The notes under the pieces: model-generated
The model's input: only the letters and a program-made list of their open reading frames with translations
Database searches by the model: none
Told to the model about the DNA's origin: nothing
Made by a program: the position numbers and the translations under genes
Shown: positions 37,253 through 47,115 of the stretch, one piece after another
Position numbering within the stretch: position 1 is the stretch's first letter
Layout of the letters: each line of letters begins with the position of its first letter
Assembly (NCBI GenBank): GCA_018658715.1
Contig: JABHUQ010000074.1
Coordinates: 12,807-76,806 of the forward strand
Origin: Fidelibacterota bacterium
GTDB taxonomy: Bacteria > Fidelibacterota > Marinisomatia > Marinisomatales > UBA1611
Direction: 5' to 3'
DNA: 64,000 nt

Positions 37253-37799
37253 ATTATTATTAGTGAGTATCTTTTCTTTGATACTTCCAAGTTGTATGTT
37301 TTATTCGATGGCTGGGTCGATTCCACCTCATATTAAGACAATAGCTATTCCACTACTTGAAAATGAAACGGCTGAATCTGGTGTGGCGGAAGATATTACA
37401 GATGGGTTAATAGATGAATTTACAATGGAAAATATTCTTCCGGTTGTTGATATTAATTCAGCACATTCAGCATTGCAGGGCAAAGTAGTGAAAATTACAG
37501 ATGCGCCACATACGTTCAATCAGGATGAAGTTGTCTCCGAATATCGTTTTACTATAACATTAAATTTGGATTGGAATGATTTAGTGAATGATGAAACATT
37601 AATTTCAAAGAAATATTCAGGATGGGGGGCTTACGGATTATCTGGCGATATTTCTACTGATGGTATTGATAATGATGGCGATGGTTTAATCGATGAATTG
37701 GATGATGATGAATTTGGTGAACCTAGAGCTTTTGCTACAAAGGTAGCTGTGCGTAAAATTGCAGAAGATATTTTGAATGATATTGTATCAACTTGGTAA
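37242..37799 (+). CDS. LptE-like lipoprotein with an acidic calcium-binding-like insertion
   Basis: It has the lipobox LILPSC. YSMAGSIPPHIKTIAIPLLENET resembles Bacteroidetes-type LptE N-termini (recalled). The insertion is DGIDNDGDGLIDELDDDEFGE. It overlaps the activator gene by 11 nt. Confidence 0.55.
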   Translation: MNPKLLLVSIFSLILPSCMFYSMAGSIPPHIKTIAIPLLENETAESGVAEDITDGLIDEFTMENILPVVDINSAHSALQGKVVKITDAPHTFNQDEVVSEYRFTITLNLDWNDLVNDETLISKKYSGWGAYGLSGDISTDGIDNDGDGLIDELDDDEFGEPRAFATKVAVRKIAEDILNDIVSTW

Positions 37800-37832
37800 T
37801 AATATTTTAATAATTAAGGATAATTAACACAC

Positions 37833-39125
37833 ATGGATAAAACAATTTCAAACCTTTCACATTTTGAAGGACAAGAAATCACTTTAAAAGGATGGGTCTA
37901 CAATAAGCGAGCAATTGGAAAAATTTGGTTTCTCATTTTAAGAGATGGTACAGGGCTAGTGCAATGTGTCGTTGTAAAAGGTGAGGTAGACGAATCTCTA
38001 TTTAATTTAGAAGCAAAGTTAAATCAAGAAGATTCTGTAATAGTTACAGGAACAATTCGTAAAGAGCCACGATCCGTTGGTGGGTATGAAATAGGTGTTA
38101 CTGGAATAAAAGTAGTTCAACACGTCACAGAAGAATATCCAATTGGACCAAAAGAGCATGGACCTGATTTCTTAATGTCTAATCGACATTTATGGTTGAG
38201 ATCAAAGCGTCAAAATGCAATCATTCGGGTTCGTCATAGGGTTATTAAAGCCATCCGTGATTTCTTTGACCAAAATGAATTCACACTTGTGGATTCTCCT
38301 ATGTTTACAGCAAATGCTGTGGAAGGTACCACAGATTTATTTGAAGTGGATTATTTTGATCGATCTGCTTATTTAACACAAAGTGGTCAACTCTATGGTG
38401 AAGCAAGCGCTATGGCATTTGGAAAAATATATGTTTTTGGCCCCACATTTAGAGCTGAGAAATCTAAAACTCGGCGACATTTAACTGAATTTTGGATGGT
38501 TGAACCAGAAATGGCATTTTGCGACTTAGATGAAGATATGGATCTGGCAGAGCAATTTGTCTCATATATTGTTCAAGAATGTCTCGAGCATTGTCAGGAA
38601 GAATTTAAAATCCTTGAAAGAGATACATCTAAATTAGAAAATATTATTCCACCATTCCCAAGAATAACTTATGATGAAGCAGCAAAATTACTCATCGAAA
38701 AAGGGGCAGATTTTACCTATGGTTCTGATTTTGGTGCACCCGATGAAACATTGTTAGCTGAGCAATATGATAAGCCAGTTATGATTCACCGGTGGCCGGC
38801 AGATATTAAAGCATTTTATATGAAACGCGATAAAGACAACAATGATCTAGCACTTGGTGTAGATATGATTGCGCCAGAAGGATTTGGGGAAATTATTGGT
38901 GGGGGGCAACGTGAAGATAATTATGAGACACTTGTAAGACGTATTCGCCGTCACGATTTACCAATGGAACCCTTTCAATGGTATTTGGATTTAAGAAAAT
39001 ATGGATCTGTCCCACATGCAGGATTTGGGTTGGGTGTTGAGAGAACAGTTGCATGGATTACAGGAACAAAACATATTCGTGAAACGATTCCATATCCAAG
39101 AACAATGTCTAGGTTGGAACCATAA
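37833..39125 (+). CDS. asnS: Asparagine--tRNA ligase (class IIb, short type)
   Basis: The OB-fold N-terminus has [20 protein letters not shown]. It has motif 2 [24 protein letters not shown] and motif 3 [12 protein letters not shown]. Confidence 0.9.
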   Translation: MDKTISNLSHFEGQEITLKGWVYNKRAIGKIWFLILRDGTGLVQCVVVKGEVDESLFNLEAKLNQEDSVIVTGTIRKEPRSVGGYEIGVTGIKVVQHVTEEYPIGPKEHGPDFLMSNRHLWLRSKRQNAIIRVRHRVIKAIRDFFDQNEFTLVDSPMFTANAVEGTTDLFEVDYFDRSAYLTQSGQLYGEASAMAFGKIYVFGPTFRAEKSKTRRHLTEFWMVEPEMAFCDLDEDMDLAEQFVSYIVQECLEHCQEEFKILERDTSKLENIIPPFPRITYDEAAKLLIEKGADFTYGSDFGAPDETLLAEQYDKPVMIHRWPADIKAFYMKRDKDNNDLALGVDMIAPEGFGEIIGGGQREDNYETLVRRIRRHDLPMEPFQWYLDLRKYGSVPHAGFGLGVERTVAWITGTKHIRETIPYPRTMSRLEP

Positions 39126-39577
39126 TGTTTAACAAAACTCGCATTTCTGTTTTTGGCGGGCGAGATATTACTGAAGATGTCTATAATGACGCTTATATAT
39201 TGGGCAAATTGTTGGCTACAGATGGATATATGGTTTACTGCGGAGGAGGTGAAGGTGTAATGGAAGCTGTAGCTAAAGGTGTTAATGATGTGGGAGGAAC
39301 GGTTGTTGGTGTTTTAAAAGGGGATTCTTTAGAAGAAATGAATGACTATATAACAGTTCCTGTCTCCACAAATATGGGTATTACTCGAAATGCTTTATTG
39401 GCCTATAATTGTGATGCTGCAGTTGCTGTAAGCGGGAAATACGGTACACTGTCAGAAATCGCATTTGCATTTCAAATGGAGAAACCTGTTGTTGGGCTGC
39501 ATAGTTGGACCTTAGAAGGATTTATAAATGTAAACACTCCAACAGACGTTATAACTTTTCTTAAAGAATATACTTAA
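39125..39577 (+). CDS. TIGR00725/LOG-like (SLOG superfamily) Rossmann-fold protein
   Basis: It has ISVFGG...GYMVYCGGGEGVMEAVAKG and ...AVSGKYGTLSEIAFA, i.e. GGGxGxM and GxxGTxxE-type motifs. It has a TAATG overlap with asnS. Confidence 0.7.
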   Translation: MFNKTRISVFGGRDITEDVYNDAYILGKLLATDGYMVYCGGGEGVMEAVAKGVNDVGGTVVGVLKGDSLEEMNDYITVPVSTNMGITRNALLAYNCDAAVAVSGKYGTLSEIAFAFQMEKPVVGLHSWTLEGFINVNTPTDVITFLKEYT

Positions 39578-39594
39578 AGTATAATATTAAAGAT

Positions 39595-39867
39595 ATGGAA
39601 ACAGTCAGAGCAAGAATCGAAGGTAAAGTTCAAGGAGTTTGGTTTCGAAAGTATGTTAAACAAGAAGCAAATAAATTGGGTTTAAGTGGTTGGGTGACTA
39701 ATAAGGATGATGGGTCCGTTTATATTGAATCCTGTGGTACAAAATTTGAATTAGACTCCTTTCTTAAATACATCAACATTGGTTCACCACTTTCTAAAGT
39801 GGATAAAGTGACTGTAGAATGGGGAGTGGCTGTAGAGTCAACTGAATCATTTGTGGTGAAATATTAA
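39595..39867 (+). CDS. acyP: Acylphosphatase
   Basis: The 90-aa product has IEGKVQGVWFRKYVKQEANKLGLSGWVTNKDDGSV, which is the acylphosphatase signature. Confidence 0.85.
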   Translation: METVRARIEGKVQGVWFRKYVKQEANKLGLSGWVTNKDDGSVYIESCGTKFELDSFLKYINIGSPLSKVDKVTVEWGVAVESTESFVVKY

Positions 39868-41483
39868 TGAAAATTGCTCTTTGTCAAGTGAATCCAACAT
39901 TAGGAGCATTTCATGATAATCGAAATATGATGATTATGAATTATAAAAAAGCCGTAGAAGAAGGTGCTGAATTAGTTGTTTTTCCAGAATTAGCTATAAG
40001 TGGGTACCCGCCACAAGATTTAATATGGGAAAAACCCTTTATTGATCAGAATGATTCGATTTTAGACGACATTGCTTCCAAATCCACCATTCCAATGATA
40101 CTTGGTTTTATTCGAGAAGAGAACGGACGTTTTTATAATAGTGCAGCTTTATGTCATGATGGAAAAATCACACATACGTACGATAAAATATTACTTCCAA
40201 CTTATGATGTATTTGACGAATATCGCTACTTTACACCAGGAAGTGATGTGGGTATATGGCCATTAGAATTGAATGGTGAAACGATTCAAATTGGAATTCA
40301 AATATGTGAAGATTTATGGGATGAAGATTACGATTTTAAAGTTTCTCTTGAACAAAAGAAGCGTGGAGCAGATTGTATAATCAATATTTCTGCATCTCCA
40401 TATCATGAAGGAAGACTTGCGGAAAGAATTGATTTAATTCAATCCAAAATAAAAGATACCCAAATACCATTTTATTACTGCAATTTAGTCGGTGCCCAAG
40501 ATGAACTTATATTTGATGGGCAATCCCTTGCCTTTAATCAATATGGAAACAATATTGGTTATGGGAATGCATTTATTCAAGACATGTTATTGATTGATTC
40601 GGGACAAGAATCACACCCATTACCTATATGCCATAGAAAAGAAAATATGTATAATGCATTGGTACTTGGCGTTTCGGATTATTTTTCTAAATCAGGTCAC
40701 ACAGAAGCTGTGATTGGTTTAAGTGGCGGTATTGATTCAGCTTTAGTAGCTTGTATTGCTGCCGATGCTCTTGGACCAGATAAAGTCCATGGAATATCCT
40801 TGCCAAGTAAATATTCGAGTGATCATAGTTTAGCTGATGCAGAACTATTAGCAAAAAATTTAAATATTGATTATAGAATATTGCCTATTGCAGAATCTGT
40901 TCAAACATTGGAAACATCATTAGCTCCATTATTTATGGGTAAAGAACCTAATGTTGCAGAAGAAAATATTCAGGCACGAATTCGTGGAAATTTGTTGATG
41001 GCACTATCTAATAAATTCGGATGGTTAGTTCTGTCTACTGGGAATAAAACAGAAATTGCATTAGGGTATTGTACACTTTACGGAGATATGAGTGGAGGAT
41101 TGTCTGTAATCTCAGATTTATCTAAAATTGATGTATATGCTCTTGCTCGGTATGTAAATAAGCAGCATTCAAACCGTATTCCAGAAAATACTATCTCAAA
41201 ACCACCATCCGCTGAATTAGCTCCAGATCAAGTGGACCCATTTGATTATGATGTTGTGAGTCCATTGGTAGATAAAATTGTTGAAGATCGAATGTCTATT
41301 GCTGATTTAATTGAAGGAGGAGCACCATCAGAATTAGCCCAAAGAATTTATCACTTGATTCGAATAAATGAATATAAGCGAAGACAAGCTGCTCCTGGAT
41401 TGAGAATAAGCCCAAAGGCATTTGGAATCGGGAGACGAGTACCAATTATTAATCACTTTAATGGAGAAAAAAGCCATGAATAA
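39867..41483 (+). CDS. nadE: Glutamine-dependent NAD+ synthetase
   Basis: The N-terminal CN-hydrolase domain (VFPELAISGYPPQD, ICEDLW) is followed by the synthetase domain with the GLSGGIDS PP-loop. Confidence 0.92.
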   Translation: MKIALCQVNPTLGAFHDNRNMMIMNYKKAVEEGAELVVFPELAISGYPPQDLIWEKPFIDQNDSILDDIASKSTIPMILGFIREENGRFYNSAALCHDGKITHTYDKILLPTYDVFDEYRYFTPGSDVGIWPLELNGETIQIGIQICEDLWDEDYDFKVSLEQKKRGADCIINISASPYHEGRLAERIDLIQSKIKDTQIPFYYCNLVGAQDELIFDGQSLAFNQYGNNIGYGNAFIQDMLLIDSGQESHPLPICHRKENMYNALVLGVSDYFSKSGHTEAVIGLSGGIDSALVACIAADALGPDKVHGISLPSKYSSDHSLADAELLAKNLNIDYRILPIAESVQTLETSLAPLFMGKEPNVAEENIQARIRGNLLMALSNKFGWLVLSTGNKTEIALGYCTLYGDMSGGLSVISDLSKIDVYALARYVNKQHSNRIPENTISKPPSAELAPDQVDPFDYDVVSPLVDKIVEDRMSIADLIEGGAPSELAQRIYHLIRINEYKRRQAAPGLRISPKAFGIGRRVPIINHFNGEKSHE

Positions 41484-41925
41484 AATAATAATAACAACTA
41501 TTTACTTTTTAGTTAGTTTATTACATGCTGAAAATTTTGGGCAAAGAGATTTAATGCCAGTTGAATTTTGGGGAAATTTATCCGTTGAAGAAAAAGTAGC
41601 CTTTGTCAATGGTGTCTATAGTGCTACATCTATATTGAAAAAGCATCACGAGCATGAAGTTTATCGGCAACATAAACATGATCCAAATTGGTCACAGCCT
41701 TATTATATAGAACGCTACTATGATATAATCGACGAATACCATTCTGAAACTGTTGGGTATGATTTGCGTGTTATTGCATTGCATATGGATGCATTATATG
41801 CCAATTATGATAATCGAAAAATACCAATTATGGAAGCATTACGCATTGTTTCTCTTTCTCAAGATGGAAATCGTTCTCGTGCTGATTTAAAATTGCTCCA
41901 AGCACAGCGCAAATATATGCATTAA
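41476..41925 (+). CDS. Small secreted hypothetical protein (paralogue of 4929-5432)
   Basis: The ATG at 41476 overlaps the nadE stop by 8 nt. It has the signal-like N-terminus MNKIIITTIYFLVSLLHA and shares motifs with ORF 4929-5432. The track's upstream extension (41422) lies inside nadE. Confidence 0.55.
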   Translation: MNKIIITTIYFLVSLLHAENFGQRDLMPVEFWGNLSVEEKVAFVNGVYSATSILKKHHEHEVYRQHKHDPNWSQPYYIERYYDIIDEYHSETVGYDLRVIALHMDALYANYDNRKIPIMEALRIVSLSQDGNRSRADLKLLQAQRKYMH

Positions 41926-42004
41926 ATATATATTCAATTTAATTATCACAATATTATTAACTTTCGCCCTTAAATCGGGTCAGTATAAGTATAAAAGGAG
42001 ATTT

Positions 42005-44467
42005 ATGTTTAAAAAACAATATATATTTGTTGTCTTGTTAAATGTAGCATTCGTTATTGCTCAGGGACATGCCGGACGTGGCAGTGGAGGCAGGCCAGCA
42101 ATGGGGAAAATTTCTGGTGTTGTAGTAGATTCACTGTCTGGTCAAGAAATTGCATATGCATCTGTATCTGTGATAAACATGAAGACGGATGAAATTATTA
42201 CAGGTGCAATTACTGATGATTCAGGATATTTTATTATAAAAGGAATTTCATTTGGGCGTTTCATGGTTCGAGTTGAATTTATTGGATATAGTCCTGCAAA
42301 AGTCGGTCCAATAAAAATGTTTCCAGGTGGGGGTTCTATGGAGCCTTTTCTAGGGAAAATAATGCTTCAACAAAAAACTATTGAACTCAGCGATGTGACT
42401 GTGACAGCAGATAAGCCAATTTTCACTCATTCTGTAGATAAAAAGACTTTTAACGTAGAGCAGAATACAACTACTACAGGTGGAAATGCGATTGATGTAT
42501 TAAGACAAATTCCCGGTGTCGAGGTTGATATTAATGGGAAAGTAAGTCTCAGAGGGAATACTAATGTTAATCTTTTGATTGATGGTAAATCTACTCGTAT
42601 GAGTAGCGATAACCAGGAAGCATTATTGGAAAATATCCTTGCAAATAATATAAGTGATGTAGAAGTCATTACAAATCCAGGTGCAAAATATGATCCTGAT
42701 GGTATGGCTGGCATTTTAAATATTGTTTTAAAGGAAAATAAATTAGCTGGTTTAAATGGTAGTTTTGCTTTAGGAACAGACTTTGGCAATCGTAATAATG
42801 GATCAGGTCAAATCAACTATAAAAATAAACATTTCAACCTATTCTCGAATGTAGGTTTAAAAGCACGTGTAAGGAATAGAACTGGCGACAATGAACAGAT
42901 TATGAATTCAGATGAAATTAAAACAGAACTAAATGAAATTACAGCTGGCGACAGAAATGGTTCGAATTTGTTTTTGAAAGGAGGATTTGAATATTCTCCT
43001 AATCGATTTCATACTGCTGGGTTAGATGTTACCTTCAGTGACGGCGGAGGAGAAGGTGATTCAAGAGTTGATTCTGATCATACTGTGGATGATGACCAAT
43101 CCATATATAACCGTGTTACAACTAGGAAGGGCTTTCGGGGTGGCTTAGACCTATCTATTAGCTATGATAGACATTTTCAAAACCCACGGCATAAATTGAA
43201 TATATTAGCAAGTAAATCCATCAATACGGATGATCATGATGATTCTTTTGAAATGGTTTTAGAATCAGGTGACTCAGACATATTAGATTTTTCTCCACAA
43301 AAAAATGATAGACTTAATTTAAATAATTCATCTTTAATTCAAGCTGATTATGTCATCCCATTGGAAGAAATGAAAATTGAAGCTGGTCTTAAATCAACAA
43401 ACCGTAAAATGGATGATGATTTTTATTCTCAAACGTTGGATGCTTCGAAGGGAGAATGGATAGCAGATGATTCCCTGAACAATCGATTTAAATTTGATGA
43501 ATCTATTAATGCTGCTTATACGCAATTATCACTCAACAAAGGGATGTTCCAAGGGCAGATTGGACTCCGTTATGAAATTGCAAAGACACGATCAGAGCTT
43601 GTTACTACAAATGAATTATTTGACAATCCTTATAATAGTTTATTCCCTAGTGCATCCATTTCATTTGGACCTTCAGGAATTTTTCAATTACAAGCGAGTT
43701 ATAGTAAAAGAATAAATCGACCTTCATCACGAAGATTGAATCCATTTCCAAATTATTCAAATAAAATGAATATGCGAATGGGAAATCCATTCTTGAAACC
43801 TGAATATACTGACAGCTATGAATTAAATTTTTCAAAGATGAATCGAAAATTATCTATTACTACTGGGTTATACTATCGTCATATGGTGGATAAAATTCGT
43901 CATCATAAAATTGTAAGGGAGGATGGTGTAGGTGTAACATCCTATGTGAATTATGATAATTCCAAAACGTATGGTACTGAATTAGTCCTGTCAGGACAAC
44001 TTGTAAAAGGACTTCGAGTCATGTTAAGTGGAAATGCCTATTTGGATGAGTATGATGCTTCAAGTTTGGGAATGGCGGAATATGATGCGGACGCATTAGG
44101 TTTGTCAGGGCGGGCTATGATTATGTGGAATATCACTAAAAATACAGAACTAATGTTAATGACATTCTATCGTGCCCCAATGGATATTCCTCTAGGGAGA
44201 ATGAATGCAATGTCATTTACTACATTCTCCGTGAAACAATCATTTATGGATAAGCGAATGAGCTTAGCTTTGAAAGTAAATGACCCTTTAGATATACAAG
44301 GATTTAGTTTTGAAGTTGGTGAAGATTATTGGAATCAATCAGGACTTTGGCGTTGGGACAGCAGGTATGCTACAATAAATTGGGATTATCGATTTGGTAA
44401 AATGGAAAATATAGGAAGGAAGAAAAGAGATGGTATGGATAGGGAAGAAATGGATATGGGCTTTTAA
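42005..44467 (+). CDS. TonB-dependent receptor-like outer-membrane beta-barrel protein with an N-terminal carboxypeptidase-regulatory-like domain
   Basis: AAGGAG lies 6 nt upstream. It has a signal peptide and ISGVVVDSLSGQEIAYASVSV...TDDSGYFIIKGISFGRFMVRVEFIGY (CarbopepD_reg-like). A plug region (DVLRQIPGVEVD...VSLRG) and a long beta-rich barrel follow, ending ...DMGF. Confidence 0.8.
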   Translation: MFKKQYIFVVLLNVAFVIAQGHAGRGSGGRPAMGKISGVVVDSLSGQEIAYASVSVINMKTDEIITGAITDDSGYFIIKGISFGRFMVRVEFIGYSPAKVGPIKMFPGGGSMEPFLGKIMLQQKTIELSDVTVTADKPIFTHSVDKKTFNVEQNTTTTGGNAIDVLRQIPGVEVDINGKVSLRGNTNVNLLIDGKSTRMSSDNQEALLENILANNISDVEVITNPGAKYDPDGMAGILNIVLKENKLAGLNGSFALGTDFGNRNNGSGQINYKNKHFNLFSNVGLKARVRNRTGDNEQIMNSDEIKTELNEITAGDRNGSNLFLKGGFEYSPNRFHTAGLDVTFSDGGGEGDSRVDSDHTVDDDQSIYNRVTTRKGFRGGLDLSISYDRHFQNPRHKLNILASKSINTDDHDDSFEMVLESGDSDILDFSPQKNDRLNLNNSSLIQADYVIPLEEMKIEAGLKSTNRKMDDDFYSQTLDASKGEWIADDSLNNRFKFDESINAAYTQLSLNKGMFQGQIGLRYEIAKTRSELVTTNELFDNPYNSLFPSASISFGPSGIFQLQASYSKRINRPSSRRLNPFPNYSNKMNMRMGNPFLKPEYTDSYELNFSKMNRKLSITTGLYYRHMVDKIRHHKIVREDGVGVTSYVNYDNSKTYGTELVLSGQLVKGLRVMLSGNAYLDEYDASSLGMAEYDADALGLSGRAMIMWNITKNTELMLMTFYRAPMDIPLGRMNAMSFTTFSVKQSFMDKRMSLALKVNDPLDIQGFSFEVGEDYWNQSGLWRWDSRYATINWDYRFGKMENIGRKKRDGMDREEMDMGF

Positions 44468-44493
44468 TAGATAGGCATCCTGTATGAAACTTT

Positions 44494-44526
44494 AAAAGCT
44501 CTGCATGTTTCTGCAGGGCTTTTTTA
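44494..44526 (+). terminator. Rho-independent terminator after the TonB-dependent receptor gene
   Basis: The stem GCTCTGCA/TGCAGGGC (44498-44505 pairs with 44512-44519, one G-U) has a 6-nt loop and is followed by T6. Confidence 0.75.
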
Positions 44527-44549
44527 ATTTATATTACGTAATATTTTAC

Positions 44550-45344
44550 ATGGCAATTCTATCATTTAATAATTATAAACAATATTACAATGTGAAGGGT
44601 GATGGGTATCCCATATTATTTTTACATGGTCTTGGATCAACTGGGATTGATTGGAAACCGCAATATGATATTATGTGTGTAAAGTATAAATGTATTCTTC
44701 CAGATTTACGGGGTCATGGTAACTCAGATAAACCTAATGGTCCTTATTCAATTTCACAAATGGCGGATGATATACTTCAATTAATAAAATCTATTGAAAG
44801 ATGTCCTGTACATGTAGTTGGTATTTCCATGGGTGGTGCTGTTGCATTCCAATTAGCCCATATCCGCCCCGATATCGTTAAAAGTATGGTTATTATTAAT
44901 TCTGTTTCAGATTGGCGTATGAAAACGTTTGGTGAGCGTTTTAAGCTGGGGCAAAGAAAACTCATTGTTCGTTTGATGGGAATGAAAAAAATGGGAGAAG
45001 TATTAGCAAATCGTTTATTACCAAAATCAGAACATGAATCATTGAGATTAGATTTTATTAGAAAATGGGCAAAAAATGATACTAGCGCATACTTAAATAG
45101 TTTAAATGCATTAGTAGATTGGTCTATTTCTTCGGATGATTTAATTCAAATGAAAATGCCAACTTTATTTATCGCATCTGATCAAGATTATTCACCTATT
45201 TCTAAAAAAGAAAAAATTGCAAATTATATGCCTAATGCACAATTAAATGTCATTAAAGATGCTCGACATGCTGTAACTGTAGAGCATCCGAATCAAGTTA
45301 ATCAATTATTGCAATCTTTTTTTAATCAATACACTAACCTATAG
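44550..45344 (+). CDS. Alpha/beta-fold hydrolase
   Basis: It has ILFLHGLGSTG (oxyanion region), GISMGG (G-x-S-x-G nucleophile elbow) and a late D...H (DQDY, ARHA). The ATG at 44550 is chosen because the track start at 44505 lies inside the upstream terminator hairpin. Confidence 0.8.
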   Translation: MAILSFNNYKQYYNVKGDGYPILFLHGLGSTGIDWKPQYDIMCVKYKCILPDLRGHGNSDKPNGPYSISQMADDILQLIKSIERCPVHVVGISMGGAVAFQLAHIRPDIVKSMVIINSVSDWRMKTFGERFKLGQRKLIVRLMGMKKMGEVLANRLLPKSEHESLRLDFIRKWAKNDTSAYLNSLNALVDWSISSDDLIQMKMPTLFIASDQDYSPISKKEKIANYMPNAQLNVIKDARHAVTVEHPNQVNQLLQSFFNQYTNL

Positions 45345-45355
45345 GATAAATAAAT

Positions 45356-45832
45356 ATGATACCATCTCCCCGTAGGGCAACTTTATATTTAAGATTATTT
45401 GGATGGAAATATGTAAAAATGATTTTTTGGCTACGCCCCACAGTAATAGAAATTTCGGAAAATCATCTTGTTGTAAAAATTCCGCTGAATCGAAGAACAC
45501 GTAACCATGTTCATTCTCTATACCTTGGAGCGATGACAGTGGGAGCAGAATTAGCAGGAGCAGGATTGGTCGAATATCTTAAGTTAGATATTGATAAAAA
45601 AATCATTGTTTTATTTAAAGATGTTGCATCAGTTTATTTTAAACGAGCTGAAGGAGATACTCATTTTACGTGTTTAGATGGATATAAAATAAAAGAAGCA
45701 ATTATTCAAACATCTAGGACAGGAGAACGTATTACAATCCCAGTGAAAGTTATAGCCACAGTTCCCGATAAATTAGGAGATGAGTCAGTGGCAGAAATGA
45801 CATTAGGACTATCTATAAAGAAAAAGGATTAG
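45356..45832 (+). CDS. Hotdog-fold thioesterase-like protein (possibly DUF4442/YiiD_C-like)
   Basis: The 158-aa product has an N-terminal LYLRLFGWKYVKMIFWLRPTVIEI... followed by a PaaI-like core (HSLYLGAMTVGAELAGAGL). The family assignment is recalled, not searched. Confidence 0.45.
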   Translation: MIPSPRRATLYLRLFGWKYVKMIFWLRPTVIEISENHLVVKIPLNRRTRNHVHSLYLGAMTVGAELAGAGLVEYLKLDIDKKIIVLFKDVASVYFKRAEGDTHFTCLDGYKIKEAIIQTSRTGERITIPVKVIATVPDKLGDESVAEMTLGLSIKKKD

Positions 45833-45886
45833 TCCATCTTTTCTTATAAATTATTAGGAATCATTTTATAAGAATTAGGAATAAAA

Positions 45887-46888
45887 ATGGAGCATTTACA
45901 GAAAACAGCGATTGCTGGAATTGGATTTCATGTTCCAGATCGCATTGTTAAGAATTCAGATTTAGAACAATGGATGGATACTTCAGACGAATGGATTATC
46001 GAGAGGTCTGGGATAAAAGAAAGACGTTGGATTGCTAATGAAGGTGGCGCATCATCATTAGCTATACAAGCCGCAAAAAATGCTATGGAAGATGCAAAAG
46101 TGACACCAGATGAAATTGATTTAGTTATATGTGCAACCATTACGTCTGATTACTTTTTCCCTGGTATTAGTGCGCAAGTCCAAGAAGCATTAGGCTTAGG
46201 ACTCGTAGGCGCATTCGATATTAAGGCTGCCTGCTCAGCATTTGTGTATGCGCTGTCAGTAGGCGATCAATTTATAAAATCGGGTCAGTCGAAAAATATT
46301 TTAGTAATAGGTGCTGAAGTCCAATCAACAGCATTGGATATATCAACACGTGGCCGGAATGTTTCTGTTCTTTTTGGTGATGGGGCAGGTGCTGCTATTT
46401 TGAAGCGAAGTCTGGATGACAGTGAAATATTGTCAACGCATTTACATTCTGAAGGACGTTTTTTAAAAGAATTATGGTTAGAAGCACCTGCTTCAAAATA
46501 TAAATCTCGAATCACAAAGAAAATGCTGGATGAAGGTCGGCAATATCCAATCATGAACGGGAGGGAAGTCTTTAGAAATGCTGTGAGGCGATTTCCGCAA
46601 GTCATCCATGAAGCGATGGATGCGAATCATTTAACTATTGATGATATCACCCAAATTATACCCCATCAGGCAAACTTGAGAATTTCCCAATCCGTAGCAA
46701 AACGGATGGGCGTTAGTATGGATAAAGTATTTAGTAATATCCATAAATATGGAAATACAACAGCTGCATCCATTCCAATTGCACTTACTGAAGCTCGAAA
46801 TGAAGGAAAATTTAAACGGGGTGACCATATCATTCTTGCTGCTTTTGGAGCAGGATTTCGTTGGGCATCGGCTGCCATAAAATGGTAA
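45887..46888 (+). CDS. fabH: 3-oxoacyl-ACP synthase III
   Basis: It has the active-site Cys in KAACSAFVYAL, plus IPHQANLRI and YGNTTAASIPIAL. Confidence 0.93.
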   Translation: MEHLQKTAIAGIGFHVPDRIVKNSDLEQWMDTSDEWIIERSGIKERRWIANEGGASSLAIQAAKNAMEDAKVTPDEIDLVICATITSDYFFPGISAQVQEALGLGLVGAFDIKAACSAFVYALSVGDQFIKSGQSKNILVIGAEVQSTALDISTRGRNVSVLFGDGAGAAILKRSLDDSEILSTHLHSEGRFLKELWLEAPASKYKSRITKKMLDEGRQYPIMNGREVFRNAVRRFPQVIHEAMDANHLTIDDITQIIPHQANLRISQSVAKRMGVSMDKVFSNIHKYGNTTAASIPIALTEARNEGKFKRGDHIILAAFGAGFRWASAAIKW

Positions 46889-46986
46889 AAGCGACCTGAG
46901 AAATACATGGTACCTATATTCTTGTTTTATTTATTAGATATATTATAAGTTCGTTCATAAGGATTATACATAAATTAGGAGAGCAC

Positions 46987-47115
46987 GTGAAAAATCGAAT
47001 GATGCTAATATTGCTTATTTTGGGCTTAGCCTTTTATATTGTCAACAAAGTAGCGCCCCCAGATGATCCCATATCTCAGACCACATTGCATATCTCAGGT
47101 TATGTGATTACCTAG
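46987..47115 (+). CDS. Candidate 42-codon membrane peptide (below the ORF-track size cutoff)
   Basis: A GTG start has AGGAG (46977-46981) 5 nt upstream. The translation is VKNRMMLILLILGLAFYIVNKVAPPDDPISQTTLHISGYVIT, one clear TM helix. It has no homology support. Confidence 0.3.
   Translation: MKNRMMLILLILGLAFYIVNKVAPPDDPISQTTLHISGYVIT

Noticed and set aside
46908-46924. Sigma-54 promoter-like TGGTAC-N5-TTCTT downstream of fabH.
   Set aside because: The -24 GG is present, but the -12 element lacks the conserved GC (TTCTT versus TTGCW). No other intergenic region had a better match, so no RpoN promoter is called.
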